Part shown: piece after piece, positions 51,585-63,371 of the stretch
Layout of the letters: each line of letters opens with the position of its first letter
Numbering within the stretch: position 1 is the stretch's first letter
From: Octopus vulgaris
Lineage: Eukaryota
Assembly: GCA_951406725.2 (NCBI GenBank)
Contig: OX597816.1
Coordinates: forward strand, 15,624,001 to 15,688,000
DNA: 64,000 nt
Direction of reading: 5' to 3'
The notes under the pieces: generated by a model
What the model saw: the letters and a program-made list of their open reading frames with translations, nothing else
Database searches by the model: none
Told to the model about the DNA's origin: nothing
Position numbers and translations under genes: made by a program

Positions 51585-51966
51585 TAGGTGCCTGTGTAGC
51601 TGTCTAGAAAGAAGTTTGCCTAACAACCACCTGGTTCCAGATTTACTTCCATTATGTGACACCTTGAGCAAGTGTCTTCTACTTTACCTCAGGCCAACCA
51701 AAATCCTTGTGAGTGGATTTGGTAAATGGAAACTGCAAAGAAGATCATTGTATGTATGTATCCATCCATGTGTATGTGTGCCTTTCTGTTTGTCCCCCAT
51801 CACCACTTGACAACCGGTGTTGGTGTGTTTACATCCTTGTTACTTAGAGGTTTGGCAAAAGAGACCAATATAATAAGTATCACGCTTTACAAAATAGAGA
51901 GGTTTTGGGGTCAATTCATTCTACTAAAAATTTTTAAGGTCGTGTCCCAGCATGGCCTCAGTCTAA
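51585..51966 (+). mobile_element. SINE family A (old)
   Basis: Degenerate but colinear with the young copies. Confidence 0.75.
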
Positions 51967-52345
51967 TGCCTTGTCAGTATGTGTAAGAAAAGAGACAGAC
52001 AAAATTATTTATATCCAATCTAAAAATATTAGGCTTCATTTATAAATTAACAGAAAAAGATTTTTTAAATTTACCTAAAGAATAGGAGTGTAAATTATTT
52101 AAAAAGAAATTGATTTTTAGATCTATTCTTTTTTATTATTATGATGGCAACAGTAAATTATTTTAAAATTTATGAAAAAAAAAAAAAAAAAAGAAAGAAA
52201 GAAATGGCAGATAGTTTACTAGCTGAAAGTCTGATCAGTGTTGTAGGCAAATATTGAAAAATGAATATATTCGATAAATCGGTAAGTCTTGGTTTAACAC
52301 ATTCACTGGAACATGGTCAGGCCACTTGGAATGGTGAACTCAGTG

Positions 52346-52738
52346 CTTTTACTCTTTACTCTCTCTTTTACTTGTTTCAGTCACTTGACTGTGGCCATGC
52401 TGGAGCACCGGCTTTAGTCGAGCAAATCGACCCCAGGACTTATTCTTTGTAAGCCTAGTACTTATTCTATCGGTCTCTTTTGCCGAACCACTAAGTTACG
52501 GGGACATAAACACACCAGCATTGGTTGTCAAGCGATGTTGGGGGGGGGGGAGGGAACAAACACAGACACACAAACATATACATATATACGACGGGCTTCT
52601 TTCAGTTTCCACTCACAAGGCTTTGGTCAGCCTGAGGCTATAGTAGGAGACGCTTGCCCAAGGTGCCACACAGTGGGACTGAACCCAGAACCATGTGGTT
52701 GGTAAGCAAACTACTTACCGCACAGCCACTCCTACGCC
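52346..52738 (-). mobile_element. SINE family A
   Basis: Full head and tail with a small internal deletion. Confidence 0.9.
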
Positions 52739-52914
52739 TATATGTGTCAATGTTTTATTAAAAAACTATAAGTTCAACAAAATATATTTTGTTTCACTTA
52801 AAGGCATGTCAGGGACTGATTTGTAACAAGAATGTCACCTCTATCACCACCACCACCACCACCAATATCACCATTGTATCTCCTGTCACCACCCCTATCA
52901 CTTTACTCCTATTA

Positions 52915-53086
52915 TTGGCGTTAGGAAGGACATTGGCGTTAGGAAGGGCATCCAGCTGTAGAAACACTGCCACATCTGACTGGCCTGGTGCAGCCTTCGG
53001 GCTTCCCAGACCCCAGTTGAACCGTCCAACCCATGCTAGCATGGAAAGCGGACGTTAAACGATGATGATGATGATGATGATGATGA
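52915..53086 (+). mobile_element. Family B 3' end with a short 5' duplication
   Basis: ATTGGCGTTAGGAAGG occurs twice, followed by the conserved tail and (GAT)n. Confidence 0.85.
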
Positions 53087-53357
53087 TTGTGTCTGTCTTG
53101 CTGCCAGGCTGTTTGTCTCTCTACCCATCTCTCTCTATTTATATGTGTCTCTCTTATCAGTTTCACATATATAGATATGTGTTTTGTTTTTACGCCAAAT
53201 TTATTGCAGGGATAGCATCCAGAGAAAGCTCTCGTGTCATTTTGAGAGCTCCCCTTGGATGTCATCCTGCAGCAAATTTACTGTGTAAACTAAACACATA
53301 CATTGATGTACGTGTGACTAATAATGCTTACATTACTTGAACTTCTTTTAATTTGTA

Positions 53358-53406
<49 letters not shown>

Positions 53407-53407
<1 letters not shown>

Positions 53408-53708
53408 TGCTTGTTCCTTCTCAAGCCATGCCTGGCTCATAAGGGCTGGTTTCTCGGTTTCCTTGGCATATAGGTTCCCCACATGGACAGGACGCCGGGC
53501 CGTCGCAGGTGAGCTGCAAGATGCAGGAGGAAAGAGTGAGAGAAAGTTGTGGCAAAAGAGTCAGCAGAAGTTCGCCATTACCTTCTGCCGGAGTCGCATG
53601 GAGCTTAGGTGTTTCACTCATAAACACACACATCTCCCGGTCTGAGATTCGAACCCGCGATCCCTCGGCTACGAGTCCGCTGCTCTAACCACTAGGCCAT
53701 GTGCCTCC
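53407..53708 (-). mobile_element. tRNA-headed SINE family E (tRNA-Thr(CGT)-like head), inserted in (TG)n
   Basis: GGAGGCACATGGCCTAGTGGTTAGAGCAGCGGACTCGTAGCCGAGGGATCGCGGGTTCGAATC with consensus A and B boxes; the tail resembles D variant 2. Confidence 0.85.
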
Positions 53709-53723
53709 TGTGTGTATGTATGT

Positions 53724-53759
<36 letters not shown>

Positions 53760-54064
53760 GACACTCTACTAACTAGCCTCTGACACATCTTCAAATGAAG
53801 CAAAACATATTTTGTTAGACTCTCATAGATTATTAATAATACATATGTTCGTTAAAACACAATTTGTTTTTGATATATATCTAGTGATGTAAATTATGTC
53901 TTGTATCTTTTGATGTTTAAGACACTTTAGATATTTTAATAAATTTTGCATAACTTTTAACATATTTTTTACATAATGTATTTAACATTCTTTGGATATG
54001 TTTTACATTCTTTGATATATCTTACAAAATAGGATTAAAGAAAGGGGGAAAAAAGTTAAGGTGG

Positions 54065-54375
54065 TCATCTATGTATCACACTTCATATATATATATACAT
54101 GTTGATAAGCTAATTGCTGTAGTATTCGTCCTGATAAAACATGTTATTGATGTACTGTGTTAAAAACACATTAAATATCTGAGGAAGATGAAAACTTGCC
54201 CCAGCAGCAGCAGCCTGTAATAACACTAGATGTATTTCAGCCTTTTGGAGCCTTCTCAATGATGTGTATGTGTTTTTAAAACAGTATATCCATAAAAGAT
54301 GTTATTTCAGGATGAATACTACAGTAACTGGCCTATCAAGGGTGTATATACATTAAATATGATACACAGATAGCT
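54065..54375. repeat. Element with about 100-bp imperfect inverted ends (Penelope-like or MITE)
   Basis: TTGATAAGCTAATTGCTGTAGTATTCGTCCTGA versus TCAGGATGAATACTACAGTAACTGGCCTATCAA. Confidence 0.75.
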
Positions 54376-55307
54376 ATTTTAATTTAATACTGCTTCAGTT
54401 GGATATACTGAAAATTTAAGCTAGCTGAATTATGGTATCGATGTACTTCTTGGACTATTACACTATGGGGAGCTATGGCATGTTGTTTAACCCTAGGTTG
54501 GTCCTGATTGAGAAAACCTTTAAACAAAAGGCCTTCCTGTTATAGCCACCCTGTCTTATTTGTATAACTTCATTATCCAATGTAATGCTTCCCCCACTGT
54601 TTTTTAAAGACAGTAAGATGCTATCTAAGGGAGATGAGATTTGGCTTTGTAAATTTTCCCTTCTATTATATTCGCAACAGATAAGGTAACATTAATTCGC
54701 CTTTGACCAAAAAAATATTCTCTAAGTTCTCTATTAAAGTGAACAACACTTCTAGCTTCCATGTTGTTCAGCTTAGCTTTTATTGACGGAATTATTGAAT
54801 ATAAAGAAAACTTTTTATTAGACACACTGTTTCAGCTGTGTACACATCTTACTAGCCACATGAATCCATTTATCGGCAGAATTCTTATAATTCTTCAAAC
54901 CTGGCTTCTTTGATATTTATTATATTGCTCTTAACAATTTACAGAGAGAATTTCAGTTATTTTAATCCCAATCATATTCAAATCCTATTCAACCCCCCCC
55001 CCAACCTCTCTCTCTCTCTCTCTCTCGGTGATTAGAAAAGGAAGGTGAACGTTTCATATTATTCTTCTCTATTGTGCAATTTTGGCATGACATGATTGGA
55101 TTTCTGAAGCTCTCTTACAACAGAGTAAAATTCATTTGTATTTACAGTATAATTCTCTCTTCATTCTGTCTTTCCTTTCATTTCTTCATCCATTGTGTCA
55201 TGATAGTTCTCCTCTGTACACCAACATATGTGTTTTTGATATTTTTCCAACATGACTAATTACAAATCCCCTACTACAACACAATACAATATGTGTGTGT
55301 GTATGTA

Positions 55308-55361
<54 letters not shown>

Positions 55362-55367
55362 TATATA

Positions 55368-55725
55368 GGCGCAGGAGTGGCTGTGTGGTAAGTAGCTTGT
55401 TTACCAACCACATGGTTCCGGGTTCAGTCCCACTGCATGGCACCTTGGGCAAGTGTCTTCTACTATAGCCTCGGGCCGACCAAAGCCTTGTGAGTGGATT
55501 TGGTAGAGGGAAACTGAAAGAAGCCTGTCGTATATATGTGTATATATATATGTGTGTGTGTGTTTGTCCCCCTAGCATTGCTTGACAACCGATGCTGGTG
55601 TGTTTATGTCCCCGTTACTTAGCGTTTCGGCAAAAGAGACCGATAGAATAAGTCCCGGGCTCGAGTTGCTCGATTACAGGCGGTGCTCCAGCATGGCCGC
55701 AGTCAAATGACTGAAACAAGTAAAA
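55368..55725 (+). mobile_element. SINE family A, young, with a deletion between the two GAATAAGT repeats
   Basis: GATAGAATAAGTCCCGGG replaces GATAGAATAAGTACTGGGCTTACAAAGAATAAGTCCCGGG. Confidence 0.9.
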
Positions 55726-55750
55726 AAAAAAATTTAAAAAAAAAAAAAAT

Positions 55751-56047
55751 ATCATCATCATCATCGTTTAACGTCCGTTTTCCATGCTAGCATGGGTTGG
55801 ATGGTTCGACCGGGGTCTAGGAAACTAGGAGGCTGCACCAGGCTCCAGTCTGATCTGGCAGTGTTTCTACAGCTGGATGCCCTTCCTGACGCCAACCACT
55901 CCGTGAGTGTAGTGGATGCTTTTTACATGCCAGGCGAGGCTGGCAATGGCCACGATCAGTTGGTGCTTTTTACGTGCCACCAGCACGGAAGCCAGTCAAG
56001 GCGGCACTGGCATCAGCCACATTTGGATGGTGCATTTTACATGCCAC

Positions 56048-56102
<55 letters not shown>

Positions 56103-56390
56103 AATATATATATATGCCAGCACCGCCTCGACTGGCTTCCGTGCCGGTGGCACATAAAATACACCAATCTGACCGTGGCCGTTGCCAGCCCCGCCTGGCA
56201 CCTGTGCAGGTGGCACGTAAAAAGCACCCACTACACTCACGGAGTGGTTGGCGTTAGGAAGGGCATCCAGCTGTAGAAACATTGCCAAATTTAGACTGGA
56301 GCCTGGTGCAGCCTTCTGGCTTCCCAGAACCCCGGTCGTACCGTCCAACCCATGCTAGCATGGAGAACGGACGTTAAACGACGATGATGA
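55751..56390. mobile_element. Two family B copies in divergent orientation (55751-56052 -, 56115-56390 +) around a CA/TA microsatellite
   Basis: (CAT)n at the left end and (GAT)n at the right end; the arms are complementary. Confidence 0.85.
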
Positions 56391-56412
56391 TACATATGGA
56401 TGGATGGATGGA

Positions 56413-56910
56413 AGCAGGTCTAGCTATGTGGTAAGAAGTTGCTTCCCAACCACATGGTTTTGAGTTTAGTCCCTCAGTATGGCACCTTGGGCGGCAGGTG
56501 TCTTCTACTACAGCCCCAGGATAACCAAAGCCTTGTAACTAGATTCGGTCAATTGAAACTGAAATAAGCAAGCCCTTTGTGTGTGTGTTTTTTTCTTCTT
56601 TAGATTTGCCTCTTTGTCTTGACATCGTGTGATAGTTGTAAGGGAATGGCACTGTCGTATAAGTAATCTCCTTAATTTCTAATCTTCTGCATAAACATGT
56701 TTGGCCATGAGGAAATATTACCTTGCTTGAAAACAGGTGAGGTTGCAATAAGCTTCTTTCAGTTTCTGTCTACTAATTCCATTCACAAAGCTTTGGATGG
56801 GTAGAGGCTTTAGTAGAAGACACTTGCCCAAGGTGCCACACCCTGGGACTGAACTCACAACGATGGCATTCGGAAGTAAACTACTTAACCGCACAACTGT
56901 GCTTATGCCT
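56413..56910. mobile_element. Convergent family A-type heads; the left one carries the alternative body also seen at about 7600 and 26395
   Basis: Plus-strand head 56413-56570, body to about 56745, minus-strand head 56748-56910. Confidence 0.7.
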
Positions 56911-57248
56911 ATATTTGTATGCAATAATAATGATATTCATAATGATCTCAGCTACATTAATGTTATGACTATATAATGTTCTCTACAGATACTTACCTAC
57001 CTTCAGAAACAAATAAACAGCTGAAAGCTGCTGAAAGATATTTTTGTCATCTGCTACTCTCCCTCAGTCTGTCTGCCTGCCTGTCTGTCTGTCTGTCTCT
57101 CGCTCTCTCTCTTTCTTCCTTTCTCTCTCTCCTTCTTGACTGTTGCATCATTCTGCTTCTGAAGGTTTACATGTACCTCCTACAAATGTCAAACACAAGT
57201 TGAAGTTTCTAACATTGCTTATTCTCCAAAACATTTCATTCTGGTTAG

Positions 57249-57263
57249 ATTTACTGTGGAGCA
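57249..57263 (+). other. Candidate 15-nt microexon
   Basis: ttctaac branch-like site (57207), AG-free tract containing UGC, then tag|ATTTACTGTGGAGCA|gtaagt; no stop in any frame. Confidence 0.25.
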
Positions 57264-57325
57264 GTAAGTAAGCTGATTAATTTTGGTTTACTTTTCTGCA
57301 TTCATTTATAATATATATACATACA

Positions 57326-57366
<41 letters not shown>

Positions 57367-57371
<5 letters not shown>

Positions 57372-57379
57372 CAAAGAAT

Positions 57380-57417
<38 letters not shown>

Positions 57418-57425
57418 AAGAATCA

Positions 57426-57457
<32 letters not shown>

Positions 57458-57507
57458 CAAAGAATCAAATATATATGTATATATATATATATATAAATAC
57501 AAAGAAT

Positions 57508-57544
<37 letters not shown>

Positions 57545-57552
57545 CAAAGAAT

Positions 57553-57600
<48 letters not shown>

Positions 57601-57608
57601 CAAAGAAT

Positions 57609-57647
<39 letters not shown>

Positions 57648-57663
57648 TATAAATACAAAGAAT

Positions 57664-57702
<39 letters not shown>

Positions 57703-57830
57703 CCAAAGAATCAAATATATATATATATATATATATAAATACAAAGAATCAAATATATATGTATATATATATATAAATACAAAGAATCAAATATATATAT
57801 ACATATATGTATTTGATTCTTTGTATTTAT
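57367..57830. repeat. Ten (AA)ATACAAAGAATCAAAT units with variable (TA)n spacers, followed by one inverted unit
   Basis: Direct reading; inverted ATTTGATTCTTTGTATTT at about 57811. Confidence 0.95.
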
Positions 57831-58303
57831 TTTTCATACTTACACAACACTTAATAGGGTATTGAACTTGATTCTGATTGCCAGTGATTGAACTGACAGG
57901 AGAAGGTATAATGTGATTTCGAAACAGTAATCCCGCCTGGTATTGCAAAAATTATCAAGACACAGTTGTCAGATTTTTTTGTTTTTTGTTGGTTTTTTTT
58001 TTTCTTGTTTTCTAACAGTAAACCGAAATGCCTGGCATTGAAGTCTGAAACGGATTGTAAAATATAAATGTAGAATGTAAATATTGGGGGATAGTAAAAT
58101 ACTCAACATGCTCATTAGAGTTGTAAGTATGGTCTCTACTACCAGACTACAAGGAGTTTTAATCTCAATTAATAGCCACAAGCAAAATTTAGCTGTCTGG
58201 TATGGTGCCAGTTTATAAAACTTAATCCGGCATTGTATTGGTATTGGAGAACGAAAAAAAAAAGGAAGCTTAAAATACAAAATCAACAATATGTATGTGT
58301 GTG

Positions 58304-58336
<33 letters not shown>

Positions 58337-58469
58337 GTATATATGTATGTATGTATGTGTGTGTGTATATATATATGTATGTGTGTGTATGTATGTGTGT
58401 GTGTATATATATATGTATGTGTGTATATATATGTATGTGTGTGTATATATATATGTATGTATGTGTGTG

Positions 58470-58502
<33 letters not shown>

Positions 58503-58722
58503 GTATGTGTGTGTATATATATGTATATGTGTGTGTATATATATATGTGCATGTATATGTGTATAATGTATGTGTACATATATATATATATATATGTATG
58601 TATATGTAAATATGTATACATATATATTTTTGTGAGTGTGTGTATATATATATATAAAAAGACATAAAAAATATATGTGTGTATGTATATACACATTTAC
58701 ACACACATATATATAATACATG

Positions 58723-58756
<34 letters not shown>

Positions 58757-59727
58757 TATACATACACACACACACACACGTACAGGCATGCATGCACACA
58801 CATAGCCACGCGCTGAGTAAATGGTTCAGACTTTCTAATCACTGACCTCAGTTAATGTGTCTGTTATGAAGTTGTCCGGGAAATAAGTTTGGCCGGTTCT
58901 TTAGCACTGCATCAGTATGAAAACTGTTACAATAAGATAAGAAAATAAATGAGACAAGCAAAGAAAGGAAAGGAAAATTATCCTTGGCATTATATTTTTC
59001 CTATAATTCTTACTTTATTTACTGATTTTTTTTATTATATGTCTAGCTTCCTAATTTTCGTGTTTCTGTATTAAGTGATTCTGGGTTTTATTATAGATTA
59101 TTTTTTGCAGTATGGACCTTGGAAGAATTCCTCAGTGTACACTTCTTATACCCAGTTAAATTATTCTCTTATACCGTTTCCTTAAAACAATGTTTTATGG
59201 CTGCTGTACTACTCTATTTGACCGATTCCTCTGCTCTTTGACACATTCCTTATAAAAATCTATACTATTATATTTCCTTGCTGCTATAAATTCTGTAAAA
59301 AAAATTTTTTGATTCCCTAATATAGTGATATATTTCAAGCACCATTCTCTTGCAGTTTAACTGGTTATATTCTTTCTACTCTTCCATTACCTAAACAGTA
59401 TTCTGTTTCAACTATTTGGCTTAAATAATAATAATTACTAATTTATGTCACAGATCAATAACCTTACAGAATGAAATCTATAGATTAGCTACCGCTTGTC
59501 CCGGAAAGTTATGAAAAACTATCGATATATTCCTATAGTAGGAATTTGACTTTGACCATTTGACTTTTCAGTCGACTCAATATAAAAATGTAAGCAAGAC
59601 ACACATGCTCACACTCATATTAGTTATTGTATCATGTATAGTTTCGTTTTTTATCTTCAAGTCTAAAATTTCATTCTATGGCTTAGACTTTATCCAAGGA
59701 GTTATGCACAATCTATGTATCTATCTT

Positions 59728-59766
<39 letters not shown>

Positions 59767-59819
59767 CTCTCTATATATATATATATATGCATTTATACAT
59801 ATATGCACATACCTACAAA

Positions 59820-59857
<38 letters not shown>

Positions 59858-60162
59858 TATATGGGTACATGACATAAAAAAACGTAAACAAAATGAGAAA
59901 CAAAACATGCAACATAAAGAACATTCCTTTCATCAGTTGCCCCCTGTTTCATCTACTCCATGTTTTGAAGGTAAGGACAAGAGGTGACTTCATTAAAACA
60001 GTCCTTCCTGCAAAGCAAATTAAATGAAATTTGGGATTTTTTGTGGAGGGTGAAATTGGTAACAAAAACAGGACAGTGAGAACAAAACAGTAAAAGCACG
60101 TCTTGTCTTTAGGAAGGAAGTGGAAGAAAGAAAGATGGATGGCTGTTGGTCACGTGTGAGCA

Positions 60163-60224
<62 letters not shown>

Positions 60225-60568
60225 ATTCCTTGTCCTACCGGGATAGCCAAGTATCTCCTCTACAGTAACAGAACTATCTCTGTTCCTCTATTATGCTCTA
60301 ACTTCTTGTCTAGCACACAACCACTTCCCTCAATTCCAAGTTGAGACACCTGTTTTGTAAGCTACTTGGCAACCCTCCTGGTGTTGCTTTAAAAGCATCC
60401 AATATGGTCTGTAAAGTGTTTGGCATTATCCAGCTGTGGAAACCATGCTGAAACAGATAATTCGATCTTGGTACAGCCCCTGGCAAACTGTGCAACCCAT
60501 GCCACAATGGAAAAATGGAAAACAGATGTTAAAGGATTATGATGATGATTATATATATATATATATGA

Positions 60569-60798
60569 AGGTGGTGAGCTGGCAGAAATGTTAGCATGCC
60601 GGGCGAAATGCGTAGACATATTTCATCTGCCGTTATGTTCTGGGTTCAAATTACACTGAGGTCGACTTTTCCTTTCATCCTTTCAGGGTTGATAAATTCA
60701 GTACCAGTTACGCACTGGGGTCGATGTAATCGACTTAATCCGTTTGTCTGTCCTTGTTTGTCCCCTCTGTGTTTAGCCCCTTGTGGGTAGTAAAGAAA
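60569..60798 (+). mobile_element. SINE family C, full length
   Basis: AGGTGGTGAGCTGGCAGAAATGTTAGC through GTGGGTAGTAAAGAAAT. Confidence 0.9.
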
Positions 60799-61594
60799 TT
60801 ATATATATATATATCCTAAAGTGTTACCCATCATATGATGGGTAACTTTGAAAGTTTACTTTTGTCACCATTGGTATAAATCAGGAAATACAGCATACAA
60901 TGGAATGGTTAAATTTCTCTTTTTTATCAAATTTCTTGGTGCTTACACAAAATGATGAAATGAATATTAATTTTCAAAAGAAACATTTATTTCTTTAAAA
61001 TTAAATGAAATAAAACAAATTTCTCATTTGTTTAACTCCTCCCATAGCCACTCTCACAATCTCTTCTCCTCCTCCTTCTCCTCTGCCACTATGATTTTTC
61101 GCTGTGTGTGTGTGTGTAGCATTCTTTATTCATTGTCTACAAAGCATGTGAATTCATCCTGCACCTCTCATGTTAACACTCTCTGTAGCTCTCTTTTACT
61201 TGCTCTCCCCCCTCTCTCTATAAAGCATAACTGGAGAAACCAACCATTTTTTATGTACAGAGATTAGGAGCAAATTTCTTTTATTAGATATTATTTTCTT
61301 TTTTTTTTTACAAGCCACTACATGGTTGTTTGGCCTGCTAGAAATATCAGTTGAAACTTCTTCATATCAACTCTCCTCATCATCTCCAAAAGATGGACAA
61401 ACTGGATAACATAATCTTAGATATACAAAAAGAGTGGGGGAGAATCATAACTGGAACACATTTTATCATAAGTCCATTCAGTCAGAACTTAACAGAATCT
61501 AAACAAGTTAGAAGCATTTTGTAATCAAGGAAGATTGGTGCCTATTTTGAATAAAGTAATCTTTGTGTCAGCAGTTAGCTGAGATAATTTTGAC

Positions 61595-61638
<44 letters not shown>

Positions 61639-62089
61639 CTCTCTCTCTCTCTCAATCTCTTCTCTGCGTTCTGTTTGAAACCAACAAAAAAGAAAAACAG
61701 TTTTTTTTTCCCCCTTTCTCTTTTTTCTTCTTGTACAAACACACCTAACAATACAACAAAGGACAACCTGAAAGGAATTGACAGATATTTTTGCCAGGAA
61801 TGTGACAGTAACAAATTCAAAGACAGTGTAATCTTTGGCAGTATGACAGATCTAATAATAATTTGATTCTATCTTTGGCACAAAGTCACAAGAGTGCAGT
61901 TGTTTGATTCAATCCCAGTTCTTTGTTGGTGTGTCTTTTATCGACTCCAAGAAGAATAGAAGGTAGAGTTGTCCTCTGTGAGATTTGATCTGACAATGTC
62001 CAAGAACCTAACTAAATACTTCATGGCATTTAATTTATTATCCATCTCATTCTGCAACTGCTTTTTTCCTCATTGATTATAATATTAAT

Positions 62090-63371
62090 TCTTTCTAAGT
62101 CTAGCATAAGGTCAGAAATTTTGAGGGGAGGGGGAGGCTGATTACACTGATCTTAGTATTTAACTAGTATTTTATTTACTCTGGAGGATGAAACACAAAG
62201 TTGTTTTGTCAGGATTTGAACTCAAAACACAAAGAGCCAGAAGAAATACCACAGAGGATTTTCTCCAATGTTCCAACAATTCTGCCAACTCACTAATAAT
62301 AATAATAATAATAATAATGATTTCATTTATTTTCCACAAGGATAAAGGATGAGGAGGACAATACACAGACAGGCACAAGGCCTGAAATATGGGGGTGGGG
62401 GATTAGTTGATTACATCGACCCCAGTGTTTCACAGGTTCTTAATTTATTGACCTCAAAAGGCTGAAAGGCAAAGTTGTTTTGGCAGGTGGAATTTGAACT
62501 CAGAAGGTAAAGCGGGAAGAAATGCCACTAAGCATTATGCTTGCTACAGTAATGATTCTACCATTAATAATAATAATAATAATTATAATAATAATTATAG
62601 GCACACAGCCTGAAATTTGGGGGCAGGGGTTGAGTCAATTACATTGACCCCCAGTACTTCACTGGTACTTCATTTATTGACCCCGAAAGCATGAAAGCAA
62701 AGTTGACCATGGCAGAATTTGAACTCAGATTATAAAGACTGACAAAATGCCGCTAAGCATTTTGCCCAGTGTGCTACTAATTCTGCCTACTCAAAGCCCC
62801 ATTCGAGCGTGATTGTTACTAGCGTCGCCTTACTGGCATGTGAAAAAAACATTTGAGCAAGGTTGTTTCTAGTGCCGCTGAACTGGCTCCTGTGCAGGTA
62901 GCACGTAAAAAACACCATTTGAGTGTGGCCGTTGCCGGTACCGCCTGACTGGCCCTCATGCCGGTGGCACGTAAAAGCACCCGTGACACTCTTAGAGTGG
63001 TTGGCGTTAAGAAGGGCATCAGCTGCAGAAACTCTGCCAGATCAAGATTGGAGCCTGGTGCAGCCATCTGGTTCACCAGTGCTCAGTCAAATCATCCAAC
63101 CCATGCTAGCATGGAAAGCTGACGTTAAACAATGATGATGATGATGATGAAGAAGAAGAATCCTTTCTACTAAAGGCATAGGGCTTAATTTGGGGGTTGA
63201 GGACTAGTTGATTGCATTGAACCCAGTGTTTTAACAGTACTTAATTTATCAACCCCGAAAGGATGTAAAGCAAAGTTGACCTTGGTGGAATTTGAACTCA
63301 GAATATAGCAACAGGCGAAGTACTGTTAAGCATTTATCCAGCACGCTAACAATTATGCCAGCTCGCCACCT
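62090..63371 (-). mobile_element. Four same-orientation family C SINEs (about 62090, 62372, 62598, 63160) with a plus-strand family B copy (62797-63150)
   Basis: ATTTGAACTCA at about 62214, 62492, 62717 and 63290; (AAT)n tracts next to three of the copies. Confidence 0.8.

Noticed and set aside
53636-53708. Possible tRNA gene
   Set aside because: Acceptor and T stems do not pair and the sequence continues into a SINE body.
56989-56999. ATACTTACCT resembling the U1 snRNA 5' end
   Set aside because: No further U1 similarity; it is only the complement of a consensus donor site, with a weak upstream acceptor.
57367-57795. Repeat-spacer pattern resembling a CRISPR array
   Set aside because: Spacers are only (TA)n, the context is eukaryotic, and there are no cas genes.
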